From NCBI GenBank assembly GCA_943787705.1, contig CALSNL010000004.1:8158-72157 (forward strand): DNA of 64,000 nt, written 5' to 3'. The notes below the pieces were generated by a model, which was given only the letters and a program-made list of their open reading frames with translations, was not told the DNA's origin and searched no databases. Positions within the stretch are counted from its first letter, which is position 1. Each line of letters begins with the position of its first letter. Below are positions 9,682-18,915 of this stretch, one piece after another. The stretch comes from an uncultured Pseudomonadales bacterium. Lineage in GTDB: Bacteria; Pseudomonadota; Gammaproteobacteria; Pseudomonadales; UBA7434. The position numbers and the translations under genes were made by a program.

Positions 9682-10674
9682 ATGAGTAACACTAACGAAC
9701 ATGCTTTCGCGCAATTTATTCGTACTATCGGCAAAGGGAAAACCGGCCGACGCTCACTGACGCTGCAAGAAGCGCAAACAGCGATGCAAATGATTTTGGC
9801 TAATGACGTTGAGCCACTTCAACTTGGCGCGTTTTTAATGGTATTACGAGTAAAAGAAGAATCGGCCGAAGAAATTGCTGGCTTTGTTCTCGCCTGTAGA
9901 GAATATATTAATAAAGATAAACCGGTGATGATAAAGCCAGATTTAGACTGGTCTTCTTATGCTGGCAAAAAACGGCAGCCGCCGTGGTTTTTATTATCGG
10001 CCCTACTGCTCGCTCAATCCGGCTATCGCGTATTTATGCACGGTGCCAGTGGCCATACACCAAACCGCCTTTATAGCGAAGAAGTGCTTAAGCAGCTTGG
10101 TATTAGCACTGCCACTAATTGGCAGCAATGCGAGCAACAGCTTAACGCTCATAACTTTAGTTTTATGCCTATTAAAAGCCTCTGTAAGCCCCTGCATGAC
10201 ATTATTGAGCTGCGTCCATTATTGGGTTTGCGCTCACCCGTGCATACGCTGACAAGGTTGTTAAACCCGCTGGAGTCAGACACCACCTTACAAAGTGTTT
10301 TCCACCCTTCATACACCGATACTCATCATCATGCTGCACAACTGCTTATGCAAAAAAATGCTGCAGTATTTAAAGGTGAAGGTGGCGAAGTGGAATATCG
10401 ACCGCAGGCCGACATTACGATTAAAGGCTTATCTAACGGTGAGAGTGAGCTCTATACAATTCCGCGCCAAGCTGAAGCACCTGACGAAACCGATGTTAGC
10501 AGTCAACTATTGTTAAATTTATGGCAGGAAACGAAGTGTGATAGCCATGGATTAAAAGCCGTATTAGGCACTGCCGCTATTGCGTTAAAAACCATGGGAG
10601 TAGAAAAAAATATATCGCAAGCCCAGCAATTGGCTCAGCAACTGTGGGACAAGCGAAAAGAATCGTTAGTTTAA
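9682..10674 (+). CDS. ybiB: TrpD2/YbiB-like protein (copy 2)
   Basis: Identical to copy 1 except for a synonymous AAT/AAC change (6706 vs 9690). Confidence 0.65.
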   Translation: MSNTNEHAFAQFIRTIGKGKTGRRSLTLQEAQTAMQMILANDVEPLQLGAFLMVLRVKEESAEEIAGFVLACREYINKDKPVMIKPDLDWSSYAGKKRQPPWFLLSALLLAQSGYRVFMHGASGHTPNRLYSEEVLKQLGISTATNWQQCEQQLNAHNFSFMPIKSLCKPLHDIIELRPLLGLRSPVHTLTRLLNPLESDTTLQSVFHPSYTDTHHHAAQLLMQKNAAVFKGEGGEVEYRPQADITIKGLSNGESELYTIPRQAEAPDETDVSSQLLLNLWQETKCDSHGLKAVLGTAAIALKTMGVEKNISQAQQLAQQLWDKRKESLV

Positions 10675-11694
10675 TTAAGCGTCGTCATAACCATTGGGAT
10701 TAGCTGACTGCCATCGCCAACCATCCGCTGTCATCTCTTCAATACCCAACTCGGCTTGCCAGTTCAGCTCAGCTTTTGCTAGTGAAGCATCGGCATAGCA
10801 AATAGCCGCATCACCAGGGCGTCGGTCCACCAGCTTGTAAGGAATCTCACAACTTGAAGCTTTTTCAAACGCTTTAACCATATCCAATACTGAATACCCA
10901 ATACCGGTACCGAGGTTATATGGAACGATGCCAGGAGCACTTTTTAGTTTTTCAAGTGCACACAAATGGCCTTTGGCTAAATCCACAACATGAATATAAT
11001 CACGAACACCGGTGCCGTCATGGGTTGGATAATCACTCCCGTAAACGGAGAGCGCTGCTAATTTTTTTACTGCGACTTGCGCAACATAGGGCATTAAATT
11101 ATTGGGAATATCTTTAGGATCTTCGCCTATCAAGCCGCTACTGTGTGCGCCAGCAGGATTAAAATAGCGCAATAAAATCGCATTCCAGCGCGAATCGGAT
11201 GCGCCTAAATCACGCAGCATCTCTTCAATAAATAATTTACTTCGACCGTAGGGGTTAACTGCTGATAATGGAAAGCTCTCGGTAATCGGCACACTCGCCG
11301 GCTCACCATAAACGGTTGCCGATGAGCTAAAAACTAAATTGTATAAATCGTGACGCTGCATGGTTTCAAGTAATACCTGAGTACCATAAATATTATTATC
11401 ATAATATTTGAGTGGCTGCGCTACCGATTCACCCACCGCTTTTAAACCCGCAAAATGAATAACTGCTGAAAAAGTATGTTCAGCAAATACCGCTTCCATT
11501 TTATCTCGATCACGAATATCGATAGGGTAAAGCGTAATGCTTTTTTGAGTGATCGACTCTACACGCTTAAGCGCCTCGGTATTGCTATTGGATAAATTAT
11601 CAACAACGACAACATCGTAACCAGCTTCTAATAACTCAATGCATGTGTGGCTACCAATATAGCCCGCACCACCTGTCACTAAAATCTTATTCAT
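10675..11694 (-). CDS. galE: UDP-glucose 4-epimerase
   Basis: 339 aa: [16 protein letters not shown] (Rossmann motif), [18 protein letters not shown] (catalytic YxxxK). Its stop codon abuts the ybiB stop (TAA|TTA at 10672-10677). Confidence 0.9.
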   Translation of the reverse strand: MNKILVTGGAGYIGSHTCIELLEAGYDVVVVDNLSNSNTEALKRVESITQKSITLYPIDIRDRDKMEAVFAEHTFSAVIHFAGLKAVGESVAQPLKYYDNNIYGTQVLLETMQRHDLYNLVFSSSATVYGEPASVPITESFPLSAVNPYGRSKLFIEEMLRDLGASDSRWNAILLRYFNPAGAHSSGLIGEDPKDIPNNLMPYVAQVAVKKLAALSVYGSDYPTHDGTGVRDYIHVVDLAKGHLCALEKLKSAPGIVPYNLGTGIGYSVLDMVKAFEKASSCEIPYKLVDRRPGDAAICYADASLAKAELNWQAELGIEEMTADGWRWQSANPNGYDDA

Positions 11695-12132
11695 AAATCC
11701 CTAACCCTAATGTCTTTTTATTCATACATACCTATCTACTTAGCATAGATCATATAGCACTGAACGGTCGTAAAACATCCTGAAAGACAATCTTTTACCG
11801 TTCTTTTACCTCTGCGGCAACCTTAGCTCCTCTCACAGCCCTGACCAACGCTTACAGACTATGACTGATGATTGTTGAGTGTTTTACTTACTCATTCAAT
11901 GGCCCTTCAAATAGCTCTTTAGATAGCCCTTTAGCAAGCCTCTTTAATGAACTCTTTAAAACACAGGCAGACCCCCTATTAACTGTTAGCGCTTAGAATC
12001 GATCTTGAATTAATCCTGCAATAGCATCGCAGATAATTTATCATACCGCCTTTAGGATCTAATGATCATCAAATAAGCATAATACAGCAGCTGATGCTAG
12101 CAATTTCATCACGGTAATACGAAACCAAACAC

Positions 12133-13308
12133 ATGACTCAAGAAAAACTGTCGATACCTTCAATCAATTATGCCCCCGAGCAATACGAACAACTGCTGGA
12201 TGAAAAAGCCCAGCGAATCACACAATTATTAGCGCCATTTAACCCGCCGATCTCCGGCGACTATTTTCATCGCCGAAAAAGCACTTTCGGATGCGCGCTG
12301 AATTTCGTATTTGGCATGACAGACAAGGCGAAGATAATCATTGTTTTTATGTGATGTTTGAGCCCGATGCGCCCAGCTGTGCCAGTGAGAGTTGATCACT
12401 ACCCTATTGGTAGCTTATCAATCACCGCGCTCATGCCAGAATTACTTGCAACCATTAATCAATCCAGCACGCTTAAGCATAAACTCTTTCAAGTGGAGTT
12501 TTTAACCACCACAGGCGGCGAAGTACTCATTAGCTTAATCTATCATCGACAGTTAGATGAACTTTGGGAGGTTGAAGCGCGGCAATTAGAACAGCAATTC
12601 AATATTTTTGTGATAGGCCGTGCGAGAAAACAGCGTCTGGTTATTTCTCGTGACTATGTGGTTGAGACACTGCCTATCGTGACTGAAACACAGCCTGAAA
12701 AATCACAAGTGTTTAGCTATCACCAACAAGAAAACAGTTTTACTCAGCCTAATGCGGCTATTAATTGCAAAATGATTGAATGGGTTTTAGCGCAGTTCTC
12801 AGATAATAATAAGCAAGATTTGTTAGAGCTTTACTGTGGCAATGGTAACTTTACGATTCCGCTATCTCGACAATTTAATAAGGTGTTAGCAACAGAAATA
12901 TCTAAATCTAGCATACGACTCGCTAAGCAAAACTGTTTAATTAATGATGTCGAAAATATTGAATTTATTCGCCTAAGCAGTGATGAAACCGCATCGGCCT
13001 TAAAGCATGAGCGCGAGTTTAGACGACTTAAACATATTGATATCGATAGCTATAATTTTTCGACGGTATTGGTTGATCCGCCTCGTGCAGGACTCGATGA
13101 AAATACGCTTAAATTAGTGGCAGGGTTCGATACGATTATTTATATTTCTTGTAACCCGAATACGCTGGCAGAAAATCTGAGCACACTCAGCAATACGCAT
13201 AGCGTTAAAGAGTTTGCACTATTCGATCAGTTCCCTTACACCAACCACTGTGAATGCGGCATGATATTACAACGCCTTCCACTCAATGAGGATAACCCGA
13301 ATGTCTAA
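12133..13308 (+). CDS. trmA: tRNA (uracil54-C5)-methyltransferase TrmA, with two apparent frame breaks near the 5' end
   Basis: The N-terminus [26 protein letters not shown] and the alternative-frame [19 protein letters not shown] match E. coli TrmA (from memory). The remaining 316 aa has the SAM-methyltransferase core ([24 protein letters not shown]). Frame changes lie near 12250 and 12360-12390. Confidence 0.8.
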
Positions 13309-13582
13309 TGAACAATTAACAGATTCCGAAATCAATGAACAAGCAACACAGCTTGCTCACTGGGAACTCCAAGGCGAAATGCTTTATCGGCAATTTTTCT
13401 TTAAAGACTTTATTGCCGCATTTGAATTTATGACCAAGGTGGCAGCATTAGCTGAGCAAGCGAATCATCATCCTAACTGGAGTAATGTTTACAATAAGGT
13501 CGATATTGCCTTAACGACTCATGAATTCAATAGTGTTAGCCAAAGAGATTTTGATTTGGCAAAAAAAATTGATCAACTATAA
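13301..13582 (+). CDS. phhB: Pterin-4-alpha-carbinolamine dehydratase
   Basis: ~93 aa with the characteristic ..ANHHPNWSNVYNKVDIALTTHE.. motif. The ATG at 13301 overlaps the trmA stop. Confidence 0.85.
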   Translation: MSNEQLTDSEINEQATQLAHWELQGEMLYRQFFFKDFIAAFEFMTKVAALAEQANHHPNWSNVYNKVDIALTTHEFNSVSQRDFDLAKKIDQL

Positions 13583-13614
13583 ATCCATCTATCGTCAATC
13601 TATTAATAGTCGGC

Positions 13615-14466
13615 TTATACAATAAGCGCCTGCATCATCTGCTCTACCACATCACGCTTATCATCCAGCAACTGAATTTCATATTTATAAAGATTAAGCT
13701 CACTGAATACAGCCTGATCAACAACGGCATCTAAAAACCGAACAGGCTCACCCGTGGCTAATACGATGTCAGCTAATAGACGTGCTGCATTAACGGCTGC
13801 CACTTCTAACTGCATATCTTTAGCTAAATCATATTCATCGATATAACTAATCGTGGCCATAATCGACTCAGGTAAATGCCAAGAGCGAGCGAGCTTAAGG
13901 CCAGTTGTCTTTTGATGTTTTTCGATTAACCGCAGTAAATCATCGCGCGTAGGCAATAATTCTTGGTCGCCTAATAACTCGTTAATAGCATGCAACACAA
14001 CAGGCTTGCCGATTTGATGAAGCAAGGCATTCAGAAAAACAACCTCGGAATTAAGATGACAAAGGCGAGCAATCTCTCGCCCCCATAAAGCACATAGCAA
14101 TGAATGCTGCCATAAATAAGTAGTTATCTCGCGTGTTGACGCATTCGATTTAAAAGCGCTTTGACCAACAGTCATGGTCAAAACCATTTGCGCTATATTT
14201 TTCATACCCAATTTAGCAATGGCTTGCTGCAAGGTTTGTGTTTTACCGTAGCTGCTAAACGCCGCCGAATTAGCGACCTTCATAATATAACTGGTCAGCG
14301 ATAAGTCATTCTCGATTAGCCCTGCTAAGCCATACGCATCTGAATCTTTATCTTCCGTCAGCGCTAGCACCTGGACACCCACAGCAGGAAGCACCGGCAA
14401 CTCAATAGCACCGCTTGCAATATGCGTTTTCAATTGTTGTTCAAGGATAACCATCATTAACCTCAC
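13615..14466 (-). CDS. HDOD-domain signalling protein
   Basis: 283 aa. LPVLPAVGVQVLAL.., MKVANSAAFS.., QQAIAKLGMKNI.., ALLHQIGK are typical of HDOD domains. Confidence 0.75.
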   Translation of the reverse strand: MRLMMVILEQQLKTHIASGAIELPVLPAVGVQVLALTEDKDSDAYGLAGLIENDLSLTSYIMKVANSAAFSSYGKTQTLQQAIAKLGMKNIAQMVLTMTVGQSAFKSNASTREITTYLWQHSLLCALWGREIARLCHLNSEVVFLNALLHQIGKPVVLHAINELLGDQELLPTRDDLLRLIEKHQKTTGLKLARSWHLPESIMATISYIDEYDLAKDMQLEVAAVNAARLLADIVLATGEPVRFLDAVVDQAVFSELNLYKYEIQLLDDKRDVVEQMMQALIV

Positions 14467-14667
14467 AGGATAAATTATGAGATTAATATTGTAGTTGATA
14501 AAAGCATGCCTAATAGCTTGCTAAGGCGCTACAAAAGTAAAATTAATTGACTAGGCGCTTATTTTATCAATTAAAAAAACTAACAAGGGAATGAAAAGCA
14601 AAGAAAACAGAATAGATGGCGAAGAAATAGATACGTTTTAGCGGTCTAGATATGACCTAGATAGATA

Positions 14668-15912
14668 TTATACGCCGCCTATACAGGTAGCACATTCAGC
14701 TGCAATCAATGTGCCGACATGGCTGCGGCGATAAGGTCTAGGTTGCTGATCATGAGCAGACATAGCGCGATACATTTTATTTTCTAGCGCTATCACTTTT
14801 CTCTCATGCTGGTAAGGATACATGGCACCGCTCATACCACCACTTCGAATAAACTCACTTGTCTCTGTGAGCGTCAGCTTAGCATGGAGCAGTTCATGCA
14901 ATAATGCATCAACAGGGCTCGCTGTACAGTGTCCCGCGTCTACCTCACAAGCTTCATGCGATTTCAAAATCGCAGCTGCTCGCGTATCAAAATAAATTCT
15001 TACCGAGTTCACGTCAAAGTTGGTTCCTCTGACATCAGAGCGAAACTCTCCCGCCCTATGATGCAAAGTCCAAGGCTGCTTGCGAACACTCATTAATAAT
15101 TCATAAGCTTGAGGACGTGCAGCAATATACTGAGCCATCTCATCAATATCGTCACCAAGATAACCAGGATCTCGTTTATTTTTAATCCACTTTTTCCCTA
15201 ACAATTTGAGTACGGCTTGATATTTTTCAGGAGAAAAATCGTCGGCAACTGCCATATCGGAATGCTCATGAGCATCACTATGGGCTTCGTGTAAATCTAA
15301 CGCTAAGCCATTGCTCTTTTCATTAAAATAATCAGTTGTCGGTGAGAATAAGCCTAACGGTCGAACAATTGTTGAGGCATTAACATGACTGGCTGCAAAG
15401 AGTGTTTGTCCACTAACCGCAGCGCTATTTAAGCTGAAGTCTGACGCCATAACCGAGCTGTTATGCAATAAAAACGAGCTTGCCGCTAAACGTATAGAGG
15501 CAAGTACAACACGCTGTCGTCGATCATGCTCAACCTTATGAGCAACTTTACGGCGATCTTCTAATAAGTACCAACCCGACTGGTTCGCAACCCGTTCTAG
15601 ATGAGCAAAGGCTTCAGGGTTATTGAGACTAAAGGCAGCATGATAAATCATCGTCTGCTGGCCTTCGACAAGACAAAGCTTTACCGCATTCTCTCTACGA
15701 TAAAACATCATATCCGAAGTAAAGAAAGCGATATTCATATCCATCAAGGCATCAAACTGAGGTGAACGCAGTAAACGTCGCGCCGCATCTGTTAATGAGC
15801 AACTTACTCTGCAGGTATTCACCTGAGCATTCAGCCATGCAGACATGATGGCAATAAATTGACTTATCAAACCTGTGGCTTTAGCTATGTAAGAGACTGA
15901 TTTAGATCGCAT
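14668..15912 (-). CDS. Hypothetical protein with a C-terminal HExxH (HELLH) zinc-metallopeptidase-like motif
   Basis: Intact 414-aa ORF with no recognisable signal peptide. ..PVDALLHELLHAKL.. lies ~70 aa from the C-terminus. The family cannot be assigned by eye. Confidence 0.5.
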   Translation of the reverse strand: MRSKSVSYIAKATGLISQFIAIMSAWLNAQVNTCRVSCSLTDAARRLLRSPQFDALMDMNIAFFTSDMMFYRRENAVKLCLVEGQQTMIYHAAFSLNNPEAFAHLERVANQSGWYLLEDRRKVAHKVEHDRRQRVVLASIRLAASSFLLHNSSVMASDFSLNSAAVSGQTLFAASHVNASTIVRPLGLFSPTTDYFNEKSNGLALDLHEAHSDAHEHSDMAVADDFSPEKYQAVLKLLGKKWIKNKRDPGYLGDDIDEMAQYIAARPQAYELLMSVRKQPWTLHHRAGEFRSDVRGTNFDVNSVRIYFDTRAAAILKSHEACEVDAGHCTASPVDALLHELLHAKLTLTETSEFIRSGGMSGAMYPYQHERKVIALENKMYRAMSAHDQQPRPYRRSHVGTLIAAECATCIGGV

Positions 15913-16080
15913 TTTACCTTCTAACTCGATTTATTATTAATTCAACAAAAGCTTATGGATCAAAACTAGCATTGATCATAAAAAACACTTTTATTGTTGA
16001 TTTCTTAAAGAATAGTCTAAAAAAGTGGTAATACAACCAATTTTCAGCATTTCTTATAGCGCTTTGCAAACCTAGGTCAC

Positions 16081-16113
16081 AAAAACCAAAAAACCAGCAT
16101 AAGCTGGTTTTTT
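16081..16113 (-). terminator. Bidirectional-looking intrinsic terminator after the OmpA_C-encoding segment
   Basis: AAACCAGC-ATAA-GCTGGTTT stem-loop, flanked by an A-run (a T-run on the minus strand) and by T5 on the plus strand. Confidence 0.75.
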
Positions 16114-16500
16114 GGGACGAACATTTAAGCAGAGTGCTATCTTTTCAGCTCTACATGCACTCGGCGATTGTATGCACGATTTTCATCAGAGTCATTAAGT
16201 CGAGCAGGAAGCGATTCGCCAAAGGCATGTATTTCAAACATTTCAGGGTCGACGCCCTGACTTTCCATATAATCTGCAGTAGCCTTAGCACGACGCTCAG
16301 ATAACTTCAAATTATAGGCTTGTGATCCATTGTCATCGGTATGCCCTGAAAAGACCACTTTATCAAATCGATTCGAATTAACCACATAAGCAGAAACACG
16401 ATCAAGTCGATTAGCAGAAGCCTCTGTAATCTATTGCTATCATTTTTAAAGTGAATCAAGCTCGAAATCAATTGCTGCATTTCAGGATCTTCACAATCTT

Positions 16501-16598
16501 CCGCCGGATTCATATCTCGACCTTCCGAATACCCACATGGAAGATTCTAACGTTTCATCGCTGGAAACTAATCCTAAAGAAGCATTACTACTGTTATT
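16501..16598. repeat. Diverged direct repeat, copy A (partner at 16845-16932)
   Basis: CCGCCGGATTCATATCTCGACCTTCCGAAT is identical over 30 bp and CGTTTCATCGCTGGA(A/T)ACTAATCCT is near-identical. Overall identity by eye is roughly 85%, at an offset of 344 bp. Confidence 0.8.
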
Positions 16599-16844
16599 GA
16601 TTCCTGGCAATAGGTACATTGACGCCATGATGCAGACGTGGACCTATGATTGGTTTGACTGGATCAACTGGATCTACCGGCCGACCGGATCTACCGGATG
16701 CTACCGGATCACCGGTCTACCTGATCACCGGTTCCGGATCCACCGGATCGCCTGGATCACCTGGATCGCCTGTACCACCATCGCCTGATCACTTCTAGTG
16801 ATCAGGCTAGAATCAGCTGCTGTAGTTGACGGATCTTGACTCAT

Positions 16845-16932
16845 CCGCCGGATTCATATCTCGACCTTCCGAATCCCACTGGCGATCTACCGTTTCATCG
16901 CTGGATACTAATCCTGGCATTCTACTGTTATT
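16845..16932. repeat. Diverged direct repeat, copy B (partner at 16501-16598)
   Basis: See copy A. On the minus strand both copies encode ..GLVSSDET....WDSEGRDMNPA.., and copy A carries a 1-nt insertion. Confidence 0.8.
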
Positions 16933-16960
16933 TCCGCCAGTTCCGCCTTGGTGCCATAGG

Positions 16961-17008
16961 CACCTGTATCAACGGTTCCGCCTGTGCCACCTGTATCAAC
17001 GGTTCCGC
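16961..17008. repeat. 27-bp-period tandem repeat
   Basis: CACCTGTATCAACGGTTCCGC occurs at 16961-16981 and again at 16988-17008. On the minus strand it encodes GTVDTGGTG-GTVDTG. Confidence 0.85.
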
Positions 17009-18915
17009 TCTGTACATCCGGTATCTGGATCTAGTGCCGGAGCCCAAGTTGTAGTATTTTTGCCACCACCTGAGCCGCCTGGATCAATAATAACCGGTGG
17101 CATACTAGCCTCATTCACCACTGAAATGCGTGTCCAGCTATTAATAAAGTCACTTGAACCGTCTTCAGTAGTACCTACTGGGTTAAACACACCATTAATA
17201 ATGTCAACGTCTGCGTTGCCATCAATTCTATTAGTAACGACACCGCCGACCATATTAAAAACATCACGGCCACCAAGACCTTTAACAATAGCAACTGTAC
17301 CCGCAATATTAAACGTATCATCGCCAGCACCACCTATTAATGTGCCTATAGAAGCGCCATCAAGTATGTCTAAACTATTCTGTATTTGTGATGTTGCTGC
17401 TAAATACTCAATATTCGTAAAGCTTACCGCCGCCGTATTTTCCCAGCCATTACCTGAGCCTATACCCTCATAACTTGCAGTACCTTCATTAACGCCGGTC
17501 ACCTGGTAGTTAGCTAATCCGAATAAACGGTTAACTTCACCAGCACCTATAATAGATAGGCTAGACATACTGGTACTTAGGTTTTCATAAAACTCCAAGC
17601 GACCTTCTGAATCGGTAGTGTCCTCACCAATTGTCATAGAGACACTACCTGTGCCCGCATCAATCTGGTTAGCTAATACTATTCTGCCGGCATTTATTTC
17701 AATATCGCCGTTCGTAGCTGATGTATCCAAGTTACCCGTAGAATTGATCTTACCTCCGGTACCAATCAATCGAATGACACCGGGCGTTGAAATATCAATA
17801 CCTGTAGCGCGAATAACGCCTTTGTTATTAATCGCAAAGCTTTTAGGGTCAGAAACAATAGCGCGAATATTGATATTATTTGCACTGACTGTCGCATCCG
17901 CAGCAATATCAACAACACTGTCACCGCGGCTTGTTTGCAACGCCTCAGAGATATCAAACTGCATTAAATTATTATTATCAAAGGTAACAATGACTTCATT
18001 ACCTGCGATTAAATTCAAATCGCCAGCGGTTATTTCAATGTCACCATCAACATTAATGTCACCGGATAACAAAGCAATTTGAGCATCGGTTAAATTAGAA
18101 GTTAGGCCCTGCACGTCAATACTGGCGCCGGCGCCGTTGGTGGTAAAACGAAAATCGCCATTTTCAAAATCAGCAGTATCAATAGCGAGAGTACTTGCCA
18201 CTAAACTGGCTAAATCAACTTGCGCACCCGAACCAAAAACAATGCCATTTTGATTTACTAAAAAGACCTGAACGTTACCGTTAAGTACGCCATTAATATT
18301 ACTGGCATTACCACTCGTGTCGTTGACTAATACTGACCAGCTAGCAGCATCGCCACTATGGTTAAACGAGAGTGTTTCAGGAGCATCAACATTCACCCCT
18401 GCTCCAGAGAAATCAACAACGCGATTATCTTGGCTCACGGTTAAAGTGCCTTGACTACCATTAATGTTGTAGTTTGAATCGCCATTAACTGAATTAAAAT
18501 CAGCTGTCTGTGGAAGCGCAAATCGTATTTTGCATAATCACTGCTGAGGTGAGCATGGCAATAGTGCGCGAAAGAACCGGTTTTCTGAAGGTTACGGAAA
18601 GCTTACTCATATCATACCTACCTTATTTGGGCTATATATGGCACTGTATCTATCTGGAGCAAGACTGAGCGAAAAAAATAGAACACGCAAAGCCTAATGA
18701 ATGGGGTCAATCACTACAAAAATTTAACCAACTGCTTTAGTTTTATTATTAAAAGCTATTTAACTAGTGGGTAGCGAGACTAGATAAAAACGTTTTATTT
18801 TCAATGACTTATAAAAACAACTATTATTGGTTAAATTATAACCAACTGTGAGACTTACCAACAACCTGAAAACGATGTTTTTATCCTCTTCTTATAAGGC
18901 CCAAGAAACCAGTGC

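Larger units (their letters stand above)
8606..11589. repeat. Tandem duplication, copy 2 (2,984-bp unit)
   Basis: Head-to-tail with copy 1. The novel junction reads ..CTCGGTATTGCTATT|TTACCCTACTACG.. at 8591-8618. The parental right flank is ..GCTATT|GGATAAATT.. (11584-11598) and the parental left flank is ..CACTTGATT|TTACCC.. (5613-5627). Confidence 0.95.
16137..18609 (-). pseudogene. TpsA-like (filamentous-haemagglutinin family) exoprotein, fragmented, whose 3' end encodes an OmpA_C-like peptidoglycan-binding domain
   Basis: ATG at 18609 starts a signal-like segment (MSKLSVTFRKPVLSRTIAMLTSAV), followed by a frame change near 18520-18535. The 480-aa ORF 16996-18438 carries the TPS/haemagglutination domain (NINGVLNGNVQVFLVNQNGIVFGSGAQVDLASLVASTLAI) and beta-helix-like repeats. 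Several frame breaks and stops occur in 16500-17000. The OmpA_C domain (IHFKNDS.., FSGHTDDNGSQAYNLKLSERRA.., NRRVHVELKR) has one further frame break near 16425. Confidence 0.6.

Noticed and set aside
5400-11700. A mobile element as the cause of the 2,984-bp duplication.
   Set aside because: There is no transposase/integrase ORF, no terminal inverted repeats and no target-site duplication beyond a 3-bp ATT microhomology. The content is ordinary chromosomal genes.
16640-16810. Dense cluster of about ten GATC sites, considered as a Dam-methylation switch or origin-like element.
   Set aside because: The sites arise from GAT-CCN (Asp-Pro) codon repeats on the minus strand (GDPGDPGDPVDP..). No DnaA-box-like or promoter context is visible.
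16826-18082. Plus-strand ORFs 16826-17473, 16836-17054 and 17618-18082, which overlap the TpsA-like gene.
   Set aside because: They lie antisense to a region with clear TPS/beta-helix coding signal. They translate to low-complexity Pro/Ser/Ile-rich strings typical of shadow frames of repetitive Gly/Asn/Asp-rich genes, and have no motifs or start context.
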